Positions 10,819-19,906 of a stretch of DNA of 64,000 nt are shown here, in pieces. The stretch comes from Candidatus Thiopontia autotrophica (lineage in GTDB: Bacteria; Pseudomonadota; Gammaproteobacteria; GCF-002020875), in NCBI GenBank assembly GCA_014384675.1, contig JACNFK010000027.1, positions 966-64,965 on the forward strand, written 5' to 3'. Within the stretch, counting starts at the first letter, position 1. The number at the start of each line of letters is the position of its first letter. The translations under genes and the position numbers were made by a program. The notes under the pieces were generated by a model. The model was not told the origin of the DNA and ran no database searches. It saw only the letters and a list, made by a program, of their open reading frames with translations.

Positions 10819-11751
10819 ATGTCATCCAAGCTTCGAATTGCAACCAGAAAGAGTCCACTAGCACTGTGGCAGGCTGAATATGTAAAAAGTCGTCTACTTG
10901 AAATCCATCATGATCTTGAGGTTGAGCTTGTAACCATGAGCACAAAAGGGGATAAAATTCTGGACACTCCACTAGCAAAAATCGGAGGCAAGGGGTTGTT
11001 TGTAAAGGAGTTGGAGGCACGAATGCTTGAAGGTGACTGTGATATTGCGGTTCACTCAATGAAAGATGTTCCGATGGAGTTCCCTGAAGGACTGTTTCTT
11101 CCAGTCATATGTGAACGTGAGGTTCCGCTGGATGCATTTGTCTCCAACCAATATGAGAGTTTTGAAGATCTTCCTCATGGTGCCAGGGTTGGAACATCCA
11201 GCCTGCGTCGCAAGTGTCAACTGCTTGACCTAAGACCTGATCTTGAGATTCTTGATCTACGTGGCAATGTAAACACTCGTCTGAGAAAACTTGATGAGGG
11301 AGAATTTGATGCCATTATACTAGCCTCTGCCGGGCTGATTCGTCTGGAGATGGCAGAGAGAATCCGTAGCAGAATCCAGCCTGAGGTAATTCTTCCGGCA
11401 GTTGGTCAAGGGGCAGTTGGGATCGAATGCCGAACCGGGGATCAGCGTGTGCTTGATATTATTGAACCTCTTAATGATCATGAAACATCCATTCGAGTCC
11501 GTGCAGAACGTGCTCTCAACCACCGTCTGGAAGGTGGATGCCAGGTCCCTATTGGTAGCTACTCAATTTTGGAGGGGAGCGAGATCTATCTGCGTGGTCT
11601 CGTAGGAGCTGTGGATGGCTCCGAGATTATTCGTAAAGAGATTCGTGGTTCACAGGATGATGCCGAGTCTCTCGGTGTCGAGGTTGCGGAACAGTTGCTG
11701 GCAAATGGGGCCAAAGAGATCCTTCAAGAGCTATACGACAGTGCCGAATGA
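10819..11751 (+). CDS. hemC: Hydroxymethylbilane synthase (porphobilinogen deaminase)
   Basis: [29 protein letters not shown] and SLRR motifs; 310 aa. Confidence 0.95.
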   Translation: MSSKLRIATRKSPLALWQAEYVKSRLLEIHHDLEVELVTMSTKGDKILDTPLAKIGGKGLFVKELEARMLEGDCDIAVHSMKDVPMEFPEGLFLPVICEREVPLDAFVSNQYESFEDLPHGARVGTSSLRRKCQLLDLRPDLEILDLRGNVNTRLRKLDEGEFDAIILASAGLIRLEMAERIRSRIQPEVILPAVGQGAVGIECRTGDQRVLDIIEPLNDHETSIRVRAERALNHRLEGGCQVPIGSYSILEGSEIYLRGLVGAVDGSEIIRKEIRGSQDDAESLGVEVAEQLLANGAKEILQELYDSAE

Positions 11752-12532
11752 GTTACGACTGAATGGCAAGGGCATTCTGGTTACCCGCCCAGCCCACCAG
11801 GCGCAGCAACTGATCAAGCAGATTGAGTCTCACGGAGGTGTTGTATTCCCCTTTCCGGTTATGGAAATTATCCAGCCACGGGATATCACACCAGCACTAA
11901 CACTGTTCCATCATCTTGACCGTTTTGACATAGCTATTTTCATCAGTGCCAATGCTGCACGTATTGGGGTGGAGATGATGCAGCAAGAGGGGGATATCCC
12001 AAAAACCATTCAGTTTGCTGCAGTTGGATTGGCAACTGCCCGTGCTCTGGAGATGGCTGGATATTCCGCTGATATTCTTCCAGAGAACAGTTTTGATAGC
12101 GAAGGATTACTGGCAACCCCACAGCTACAGGATATCAACGGTAAAAACATACTGATTATTCGAGGCGAAGGGGGGAGAGAGCTTCTTGCAAAAACGCTTC
12201 GTGATCGTGGCGGAGCTGTTACCTATGCAGAGATCTATCGCAGAACTATCCCCCAGACAGATCCGTCACCAATCATTGAAGCCTGGAAACATAACAGTAT
12301 TCATGCGGCAGTTATAACCAGTAACCAGGGGCTGACCAATCTGATGCAGATGGTAGGTAAAGCTGGTGAACAATTCTTGTTACAAACCCCTCTGGTAGTA
12401 ATAAGTGAACGTACCAGAGAGGTTGCCAGAGAGAGTGGTTTCAGTGGCAAATTGATGCTGGCAACACCACCCAGCGATGATGCAATCCTTGATACACTCA
12501 GCAGATGGGCGCAAAAGAACAGCGACAGCTAA
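11741..12532 (+). CDS. hemD: Uroporphyrinogen-III synthase
   Basis: [14 protein letters not shown]-terminus typical of HemD, and the position after hemC fits. The ORF-track start at 11615 lies deep inside hemC. GTG at 11741 is the only nearby in-frame start, so the exact start is uncertain. Confidence 0.82.
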   Translation: MPNELRLNGKGILVTRPAHQAQQLIKQIESHGGVVFPFPVMEIIQPRDITPALTLFHHLDRFDIAIFISANAARIGVEMMQQEGDIPKTIQFAAVGLATARALEMAGYSADILPENSFDSEGLLATPQLQDINGKNILIIRGEGGRELLAKTLRDRGGAVTYAEIYRRTIPQTDPSPIIEAWKHNSIHAAVITSNQGLTNLMQMVGKAGEQFLLQTPLVVISERTREVARESGFSGKLMLATPPSDDAILDTLSRWAQKNSDS

Positions 12533-12548
12533 AAAGGCACAATCTGGC

Positions 12549-13739
12549 ATGAGCAGAAGGCGAGAAGACATTATCGATGCGGAGGTTCTATCTGAACATA
12601 GCAACTCCCCTTTTTTGAATACACAGAACCTTACGATAATTGGGGGGGCAATACTTGCACTAACCGTTCTGGCTGGAATCGTCTGGCTTCTTACCCAATC
12701 CATGCAGCAAGAGAACCAGACTGCATCAGAGAGTGCGGCCAAAAACAGCCTGGAGATAGCGGCAATAGAGAGACGCATTACAACAACTGTTCAAGATATT
12801 GAGAAGAGAGCACAGAACAGGGAGGATGCAAATATAGCGTACCAATCCAGCCAACAGAAAAAACTTTCAGCCCTTGGCAACAGCTTTAACAAAAAACTGG
12901 AGCAGCAAAGCACTCTGCTGCAGAGATCTATCGACTCGAACATAAGAGAGACCCAGCAACTCAACCAGAGCATTGCCACTCTGGCAAGGCGCATTGAACA
13001 GAGAGAAGATAATCTCCATCTCTCTGCAGCGCTACGTCTACTCCAGATTGCTGAAGAGCAATTAATGATCGTCAACAATCTAGAGACAACAAAACAGGCT
13101 CTGACCCAGGCAAACAGACAGCTTGGTGAGAGTGGTGACCCCACACTGCTCCCAATTCAAGGGATGATCAGAGAGGAGATCAGGCTGGTGAACCAGGTCA
13201 GTCTGCCTGACATCTATGCGGCCACAACAAAACTGACTACACTAATTAACAGCATTGACACCATTCCATTCCCATCTACCAACAAATTCGGCGGGGAGCC
13301 TAACCCTGAAAATACCGTAGCACAGAATCCTGCTGATGAATCATCAATATGGGATTGGGAAAATATCCTGCACAAGATATGGCAGGATCTGCTCACTCTG
13401 GTGCGTGTAGAGAAGAGAGAGCAGGAGTTACCGGCAATAACCTCACTGGCCGGGCAACAGAGCAGCAGGCAAATTCTTCAGCTTCGTCTGGAACAGGCAC
13501 AGAGCGCCCTGTTATTAAGAGACGGTGAACTCTTTCGGGATCGCATCAACAGTGCCGAGGAGTGGGTAAAGATTTTTGATCAGAAGAGCACGGTGACAAC
13601 AGCCATGCAGCAGCAACTTGCTGAGCTAAAATCCATCCAGCTCTCCCCTGTTCTGCCGTTAATAGGGCAGGCACATAAAAAACTAAAAGAGATTCTGAAA
13701 GAATCTCCCAACGAGCTGGCGGAAGAGCTGATCGAATGA
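12549..13739 (+). CDS. hemX: HemX-like membrane-anchored coiled-coil protein
   Basis: Basic N-terminus, one TM segment, then a long Gln/Glu-rich coiled-coil region. It occupies the hemCDXY position. ATG at 12549 follows the hemD stop; the ORF-track start at 12477 overlaps hemD. Confidence 0.75.
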   Translation: MSRRREDIIDAEVLSEHSNSPFLNTQNLTIIGGAILALTVLAGIVWLLTQSMQQENQTASESAAKNSLEIAAIERRITTTVQDIEKRAQNREDANIAYQSSQQKKLSALGNSFNKKLEQQSTLLQRSIDSNIRETQQLNQSIATLARRIEQREDNLHLSAALRLLQIAEEQLMIVNNLETTKQALTQANRQLGESGDPTLLPIQGMIREEIRLVNQVSLPDIYAATTKLTTLINSIDTIPFPSTNKFGGEPNPENTVAQNPADESSIWDWENILHKIWQDLLTLVRVEKREQELPAITSLAGQQSSRQILQLRLEQAQSALLLRDGELFRDRINSAEEWVKIFDQKSTVTTAMQQQLAELKSIQLSPVLPLIGQAHKKLKEILKESPNELAEELIE

Positions 13740-14971
13740 GGCGCATCCTGATCCTCACCCTGCTGCTGGTTACAACAAGCATTGTTGCCCTGCAATTAAG
13801 AGGGCACAGTGGTCACATCATGCTGGAAATAGGTGAATGGACCATTGAGACCAGTGTCAGTTTTGCCATCACTGCCACTTTTGTAACATTTTCACTGCTG
13901 TTGCTGCTTGTTCGTATCCTGTTGCGTTTCATCCATGCTCCACGGGATATTGGCATATGGCGTAATCGACAAAAAACCAGACGAGCTCAAGCAGACCTGA
14001 ATAGAGGGATGATCACCCTGGCTGAAGGCAACTGGAAGAAGGCTGAGAAACTGCTTGGGCAGTCTGCTGCAAATAGTGATAACCCACTGATGCACTATCT
14101 GGGTGCTGCCAATGCTGCACAACACCAACACTCTGATGAACGTAGAGACCACTATCTGAAACTTGCCCATCAAGCGGCTCCAAATGCCGATTTTGTTATT
14201 CGACTAACCCAAGCCGAACAACAGGTTGCCCATCAACAATATGATGATGCACTAGATACACTTACCCATCTGAGAAAACAGAAACCGAACCATCCAAAAC
14301 TGCTTCGACTGTTGGCGCAAACACTCACAGCACAAAAGCAGTGGTCTCAACTGCTTGGACTGACTCCAGTTTTACGTAAAAGAAAAAGCATGGGCAGTGA
14401 TGAACTGGCACAACTGGAACATCACGGACAGATTCAACTTTTAACAGAGAGCGCAAAATCCGGGAATGATGATGCACTGCAACAGCAGTGGAAGCAGTTC
14501 TCACGCGGCGACCATAAAAACCCAAAACTTATCTATCACTATGCAAACTTGCTAAACAGACAAGGTGATGGCAGCTTAAGTGAGAAGTTGCTGTACAAGG
14601 AGATTAAACGGCAATGGTCCGATGATCTAGTCTCTCTCTATGGAGTAATACAATCAGATTCTACAGACCAGCAGATTCAAAATGCCGAAAAGTGGCTAAA
14701 ACACCACGCCGACAGTGCAGCACTTCATCTTGTTCTGGGAAGACTCTATCTAAAAAATGAGATATGGGGACAAGCTGAACAACACCTGAAGAAGAGCATT
14801 GAAATTTCCCCAAGTCATGATGCCTATCAGGAGATGGGGATCATCAGAAAAACAAATGGTGACCCTGCTGGCGCCCTGGAATATTACGAAAAATCCTCTA
14901 CCTTCCTGCCTCCCCAGCCACTTCAAACGAGTCAAAGTAGAGATGATCTGCTGTTAACCCAAGAGCACTAA
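13736..14971 (+). CDS. hemY: HemY-like heme-biosynthesis-associated TPR membrane protein
   Basis: Two N-terminal TM segments, TPR-like repeats, and a 4-nt overlap with the hemX stop. Confidence 0.8.
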   Translation: MRRILILTLLLVTTSIVALQLRGHSGHIMLEIGEWTIETSVSFAITATFVTFSLLLLLVRILLRFIHAPRDIGIWRNRQKTRRAQADLNRGMITLAEGNWKKAEKLLGQSAANSDNPLMHYLGAANAAQHQHSDERRDHYLKLAHQAAPNADFVIRLTQAEQQVAHQQYDDALDTLTHLRKQKPNHPKLLRLLAQTLTAQKQWSQLLGLTPVLRKRKSMGSDELAQLEHHGQIQLLTESAKSGNDDALQQQWKQFSRGDHKNPKLIYHYANLLNRQGDGSLSEKLLYKEIKRQWSDDLVSLYGVIQSDSTDQQIQNAEKWLKHHADSAALHLVLGRLYLKNEIWGQAEQHLKKSIEISPSHDAYQEMGIIRKTNGDPAGALEYYEKSSTFLPPQPLQTSQSRDDLLLTQEH

Positions 14972-15917
14972 AGGCACTTTTTCCAGCATCTATCATCACC
15001 GGTGGGCCAGCCATATAGATATCTACTGCGGAGAGATCAGAGTGGTCCTCCACAACAGCCTCATGCACGTAACCTCTGCGTCCACTCCATGACTCGTCCG
15101 CGGCAGAGAGCACGGGAATGTAACTGATGTTCTCATGACTATCTGCCCACTCTCTGGCAAGACTATCCAGGTAGAGATCATCATGACCTCTGGCTCCCCA
15201 GTAGATCTTGATGTGGTTATCCATCCCCATTTCAATGGCGTGCTCCACCATACCCTTGATAGGCGCAAATCCTGTACCGCCAGCAACCAAGATCAGATCA
15301 TTAGCTGAGTCCTCACGCAAGAAGAAGGTGCCCAGAGGTCCCTCAACACGGAGAATGTCCTTCTCCTTCATCTCATTGAAGACATGGGGAGTAAAGAGAC
15401 CCCCATCAACCCTGCGCAGATGTAGCTCGATCTCCGAGTTGTTGTGTGGGGCATTGGCGATCGAAAATGCGCGGCGACGATTGCCTTCCAGAATAACCTC
15501 AATATATTGCCCAGCGAGAAATTGCAGACTCTCATCCTCTGGCTGCTTCAGACAGAGACGAATCACATCCTCAGCCAGATGCTCAATCTTTGAGACCTTG
15601 ACCGGCATGGTTCTAACCTCAATCTCCTCCACCGCCACCAGCTCATGCACCTCAACCACCAGATCACTCTTTGCCTCTGCCTTACAACAGATTACAACAT
15701 CGTTGGCCAGCTCATCTTCTGTCAGAGATTGTGCGTTGTACTCATCCTGATACTCGTACTCACCAGAAACCACCTTTGCCTTACAGGCTCCGCAAAAACC
15801 GTTCTGGCAGCCGAATGGAAACCCAATCCCATGCGCCAGCGCTCCATCAAGAATAGTTTCACCATCAGATAACTCGAACTCTTTGCCGCTTGGTTGTAGC
15901 TGGACACGATTAGACAT
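14898..15917 (-). CDS. 2Fe-2S ferredoxin / FAD / NAD(P)-binding oxidoreductase (Fre-like, CDP-6-deoxy-3,4-glucoseen-reductase-like)
   Basis: N-terminal CxxxxCxxC...C plant-type ferredoxin pattern (FGCQNGFCGACK...CC), RAFSIAN flavin motif and GGTGFAP nucleotide motif. It sits downstream of ubiD, as fre does in enterics. Confidence 0.85.
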   Translation of the reverse strand: MSNRVQLQPSGKEFELSDGETILDGALAHGIGFPFGCQNGFCGACKAKVVSGEYEYQDEYNAQSLTEDELANDVVICCKAEAKSDLVVEVHELVAVEEIEVRTMPVKVSKIEHLAEDVIRLCLKQPEDESLQFLAGQYIEVILEGNRRRAFSIANAPHNNSEIELHLRRVDGGLFTPHVFNEMKEKDILRVEGPLGTFFLREDSANDLILVAGGTGFAPIKGMVEHAIEMGMDNHIKIYWGARGHDDLYLDSLAREWADSHENISYIPVLSAADESWSGRRGYVHEAVVEDHSDLSAVDIYMAGPPVMIDAGKSAFSALGLTADHLYFDSFEVAGEAGR

Positions 15918-15994
15918 TTATTTTTTCCTGTACTTTATTGTGAATAATAAAGTTGAGTATTTTGCTGTGTTATTAGCTCTAAATCAACTGAAAT

Positions 15995-17464
15995 TCAGGA
16001 ATCAATTCCGAGCTCATCCCAGAGATCATCAACCCGCTGTTTGACTGCAGCATCCATGGTTATTGCGCTACCCCACTCACGCACAGTCTCACCTTCCCAT
16101 TTGTTGGTTGCATCCATTCCCATCTTGGACCCCAGGCCCGATACCGGTGAGGCAAAATCAAGATAATCAATCGGGGTGTTTTCAATCAGCGTGGTATCCC
16201 GTGCCGGATCCATTCTGGTTGTCATAGCCCAGATTACATCCTGCCAATTTCTGATATCTATATCGTCATCTGTAACAATGATGAATTTGGTATACATAAA
16301 CTGTCGAAGAAATGACCAGACCCCCATCATCACTCTCTTGGCATGTCCCGGATACTGCTTCTTCATACTCACTACAGCCATACGATAGGAGCACCCCTCG
16401 GGTGGAAGGTAAAAATCAACAATCTCAGGGAACTGCTTCTTTAAAATAGGGACAAACACCTCATTCAGTGCCAACCCAAGCACAGCAGGCTCATCAGGTG
16501 GGCGCCCCGTATAGGTTGAGTGGTATATAGGACTCTTTCGATGGGTGATACGCTCTACAGTAAATACCGGAAACTTTTCAACCTCGTTGTAGTAGCCAGT
16601 ATGGTCACCAAATGGTCCCTCCTCTGCCACCTCATCAAGATCTATGGTTCCTTCCAGAACAATCTCGGCACTGGCCGGAACTTGAAGATCAGAGCCCTTG
16701 CACCTGACAACCTCTGTCTTCGAGCCGCGCAATAACCCGGCAAATGCATACTCTGACAGTGCGTCTGGCACAGGAGTCACTGCAGCAAGTATGGTAGCCG
16801 GATCTGCCCCAATCACCACAGCAACCGGAAATGGTTTCCCCGGATTCGCCTCCTTCCATTCACGAAAATCAATGGCACCTCCACGATGAGAGAGCCAACG
16901 CATAATCAGACGATTTTTACCAATCACCTGTTGACGGTAGATGCCCAGATTTTGTCGCTCTTTATTTGGACCACGGGTAACCACCAGCCCCCATGTCACC
17001 AGAGGTCCAGCATCACCAGGCCAGCAGGTTTGGACAGGCCACCTGGAGAGATCAACAGCCTCACCCTCCAACACCACCTCCTGACACACTGCAGTTGAAC
17101 GCACCTTTGGTGACATATTCAGAACCTGCCGAAAAATTGGCAACTTCTCAACTGCATCCCTGAACCCTTTTGGAGGATCTGGCTCCTTGAGGTACGCCAG
17201 TATCTGGCCAACCTCTCTAAGGTGATCTGTAGAATCATAACCCATGCCCATGGCAACACGTTTTGGAGTACCGAACAGATTGGCTAGCACCGGAACATCA
17301 GACCCTTTTGGGTTCTCAAACAGCAGGGCCGGCCCTTCAGCCCTCAATACCCGATCTGCAATTTCAGTCATCTCAAGGTAAGGATCAACCTCTCGAGATA
17401 CCCTCTTAAGCTCCCCCTGCTCCTCCAGTTGGCTGATAAAATCCCTGAGGTCTGAGCTACTCAT
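15995..17464 (-). CDS. ubiD: 4-hydroxy-3-polyprenylbenzoate decarboxylase UbiD
   Basis: UbiD-family sequence throughout. ATG at 17464 ([22 protein letters not shown]) overlaps the upstream gene's stop as ATGA. The ORF-track start at 17566 is an extension. Confidence 0.93.
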   Translation of the reverse strand: MSSSDLRDFISQLEEQGELKRVSREVDPYLEMTEIADRVLRAEGPALLFENPKGSDVPVLANLFGTPKRVAMGMGYDSTDHLREVGQILAYLKEPDPPKGFRDAVEKLPIFRQVLNMSPKVRSTAVCQEVVLEGEAVDLSRWPVQTCWPGDAGPLVTWGLVVTRGPNKERQNLGIYRQQVIGKNRLIMRWLSHRGGAIDFREWKEANPGKPFPVAVVIGADPATILAAVTPVPDALSEYAFAGLLRGSKTEVVRCKGSDLQVPASAEIVLEGTIDLDEVAEEGPFGDHTGYYNEVEKFPVFTVERITHRKSPIYHSTYTGRPPDEPAVLGLALNEVFVPILKKQFPEIVDFYLPPEGCSYRMAVVSMKKQYPGHAKRVMMGVWSFLRQFMYTKFIIVTDDDIDIRNWQDVIWAMTTRMDPARDTTLIENTPIDYLDFASPVSGLGSKMGMDATNKWEGETVREWGSAITMDAAVKQRVDDLWDELGIDS

Positions 17465-18144
17465 CGGTATATAAAGCTCTCCTGATGGAGAATTGTTCCA
17501 TCCTTGGTAACTACCTTGACTATCCACTCCCCACTCCATCCGGGGATCAGATTCTTGCTTGACCATACGCGCCAGCGGGGGCCATTAACTCTCCCCAGAG
17601 AGACTTTTGCCATCTCCCTGCCCTCATACTCCCAGAGATGATAAATATGTTTTCCAAACTGATTATGGAGATCGCTAAAGTAGAATATTCTGCGATTATC
17701 TGTCCCCAGCTGACATATTGAATCAACCGGCTCACGACTGTTTCTCTCTACACCACTGGTAAAACTTCCTCGAGATACTGCTACAGACTCTGTCCACTGT
17801 GGACAGACCAGCGCTACGGTCTCCTCCTCGACAACCGGTTCTGGCCTGGGCTCTGGTTCTGGTTCTGGTTTCACCTCAGGCTCCACCTCTTCAATAACAA
17901 CCGGTGACTCATCCAACAGTGGTTCCGGTGCTGGTTCTGGTTCTGGTTCTGGTGCTGGTTCTGGCGCTGTAGCCACCACAACCTCCGGCTTTAGTGGCTC
18001 TACAACAGAGGCTATCTCTTCAGCCACCTTATTATCATCTTCACCACCCATCCAGATAACCAGCAGCAACAGCACCAACAACAACACAACCGACCACTGG
18101 ATAAGGCTACTGTATTGCTCCCATATTCTCTTGACCATGCTCAC
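17461..18144 (-). CDS. Membrane-anchored Pro/Glu-repeat protein with conserved C-terminal domain (tentatively DUF2914-like)
   Basis: N-terminal TM segment, (PE/PA) repeat linkers, and a Trp-rich C-terminal domain (HLWEYEGRE...[10 protein letters not shown]...GEWIVKV). The family call is from memory only. Confidence 0.6.
   Translation of the reverse strand: MSMVKRIWEQYSSLIQWSVVLLLVLLLLVIWMGGEDDNKVAEEIASVVEPLKPEVVVATAPEPAPEPEPEPAPEPLLDESPVVIEEVEPEVKPEPEPEPRPEPVVEEETVALVCPQWTESVAVSRGSFTSGVERNSREPVDSICQLGTDNRRIFYFSDLHNQFGKHIYHLWEYEGREMAKVSLGRVNGPRWRVWSSKNLIPGWSGEWIVKVVTKDGTILHQESFIYR
17837..17969. repeat. Two blocks of in-frame GGTTCT/GGTGCT hexanucleotide repeats encoding PEPEPE/APEP
   Basis: Block 1 is 17837-17870 and block 2 is 17921-17969, with tandem GGTTCTGGTTCTGGT... 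units visible directly. Both lie inside CDS 17461-18144. Confidence 0.85.
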
Positions 18145-18173
18145 TAACTCCCTGTTATTTCATTGAGTCTGCA

Positions 18174-19163
18174 CTAGGGTGCAACTGCACTCAACAGTGC
18201 CCGCCTTGGTGACGGGTAACCCTCAATAGTCCTGGTTGGATCTTCCGGATCAAGAAAATCGGCCAACGACTCAAACTGCATCCATGAGGTTACCCTCTGT
18301 TCATCTGTCGTTGTTAACGATTGATTGAGACAACGCACCTGTGTAAATCCAACCCTCTCCAACCAGTGAATAAGCTCATCCACAGTAGGGATAAACCAGA
18401 CATTCCTCATTTTGGCATATCTCTGCTCCGGAACCAAAATTTCTCCCCGTCCACCCTCTATCACCAGAGTCTCCAGAATCAGCTCGCCCCCCTGGCGAAG
18501 AGCACCACGAAGTTCATAAAGATGATCCATTGGTGAACGTCGATGGTACAACACTCCCATAGAGAAAACTGTGTCAAACCACTGCGTATTATTTGGAACG
18601 GACTCCATTCCAACAGGAATAAAGTGGACCTCGGGTGGAGCCGGAAGAAAACTGGTCAAGGCTCTGAACTGTAATAAAAACAGGATATTTGGGTCAATCC
18701 CGACTACAAAGTCTGCCCCCGCACCGGCCATTCTCAGAGCGTAGTAACCATTCCCACAACCAACATCCAGCACTTTTCTCCCCTCAAGTGGCTGTATCTC
18801 CTGCGCCAACCTCTCCCACTTCCAGTCAGAGTGCCACTCACTATCTATATGAACCCCAAACAGATCGAAAGGCCCCTTGCGCCAGGGGTGTAGCTCTCTC
18901 ATCAACTCCTCTATATTATGTTGCTGGGTAGTATCACACTCATTCTTGGTACCGATCTGTACTCTGGCAGATCCAAGATCTACTGTCTCTGCCTTTATCA
19001 CCGGCAGTCTATCCAATAGATCCAGCCAACGTGGCAGGTTGCCATTTCTCCCAGGCTCAAACAGCAGTGGCAGCTCTCTCTCCAGCTGCCCACTCCAGCG
19101 AGCCATCCCGTTCTCACGCAGAGCACCCAGAGAACTATCCAGCTGCAGAGGCAGATCACTCAT
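18174..19163 (-). CDS. cmoB: tRNA U34 carboxymethyltransferase CmoB
   Basis: 329 aa with a VLDVGCGNGYY methyltransferase motif. It overlaps the cmoA stop by 4 nt. Confidence 0.9.
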   Translation of the reverse strand: MSDLPLQLDSSLGALRENGMARWSGQLERELPLLFEPGRNGNLPRWLDLLDRLPVIKAETVDLGSARVQIGTKNECDTTQQHNIEELMRELHPWRKGPFDLFGVHIDSEWHSDWKWERLAQEIQPLEGRKVLDVGCGNGYYALRMAGAGADFVVGIDPNILFLLQFRALTSFLPAPPEVHFIPVGMESVPNNTQWFDTVFSMGVLYHRRSPMDHLYELRGALRQGGELILETLVIEGGRGEILVPEQRYAKMRNVWFIPTVDELIHWLERVGFTQVRCLNQSLTTTDEQRVTSWMQFESLADFLDPEDPTRTIEGYPSPRRALLSAVAP

Positions 19164-19891
19164 CGAACTGCCAGCATAGAGACAAAGTTAAGTGCTTGAA
19201 AAAGCACCTCAACCCGAGAGAACCCGGCTCTCTCAAGACGGGCAAAATGGTGCTGCAGAGTTTCTGGTACCAGCACATCCTCCAGAGCAGTCCGCTTCTG
19301 ACTTATCTCCAGCTCACTATATCCATTTGCTCTTTTGAAGGCGTGATGCAGTGACTCCATCCTCTTCTGCTGCTCCGAATCATCAAACCCGATCTTTTCT
19401 GACAGCATAAACCCGCCACCAGGAGAGATGCCATCTGCAACTCTTCGCAACATATCTTCCCGCTCGGCAACTGGAATAAACTGCAGAGTAAAGTTCATGG
19501 TTACAAACGAGGCATTCTCGATTTTTGTATCCCGAACATCCTCACAACGCAAATCTATAACAGAAGATCTATCCAAACCTGCTGTTGCCAGATTTTCACG
19601 ACACTTTTTAATCATGGCACTTGAGCTATCAACGGCGATAATCCTGCACCTCTTCTCTTCTGCAGCCCCAACCATTGCCAGCGTGGATGCTCCAAGCGAA
19701 GAGCCCAGATCATAACCATAACTTCCCTGTTGCAGATACTGTTCCGCCAGCAGGCCAACCAGAGAGATGATCACTCCATAGCCGGGAACAGAGCGCTGAA
19801 TCATATCCGGGAAGACATTCGCAACCGACTGATCAAAGCGGAATTCCTCTACAAGATCATGTTCAGTTGAGTAAATCTGGTCTCTCTGCAT
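19160..19891 (-). CDS. cmoA: Carboxy-S-adenosyl-L-methionine synthase CmoA
   Basis: FDQSVANVFPDMIQRSVPGY and YDLGSSLGAST motifs; 243 aa; paired with cmoB. Confidence 0.9.
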   Translation of the reverse strand: MQRDQIYSTEHDLVEEFRFDQSVANVFPDMIQRSVPGYGVIISLVGLLAEQYLQQGSYGYDLGSSLGASTLAMVGAAEEKRCRIIAVDSSSAMIKKCRENLATAGLDRSSVIDLRCEDVRDTKIENASFVTMNFTLQFIPVAEREDMLRRVADGISPGGGFMLSEKIGFDDSEQQKRMESLHHAFKRANGYSELEISQKRTALEDVLVPETLQHHFARLERAGFSRVEVLFQALNFVSMLAVR

Positions 19892-19906
19892 ATTTAACTA
19901 ATTCCA

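Noticed and set aside
17837-17969. Considered whether the regularly spaced short repeats could be a CRISPR-like array.
   Set aside because: The units are contiguous 6-nt tandem repeats inside a coding frame (PE/PA codons) with no spacers. This is a coding microsatellite, not CRISPR.
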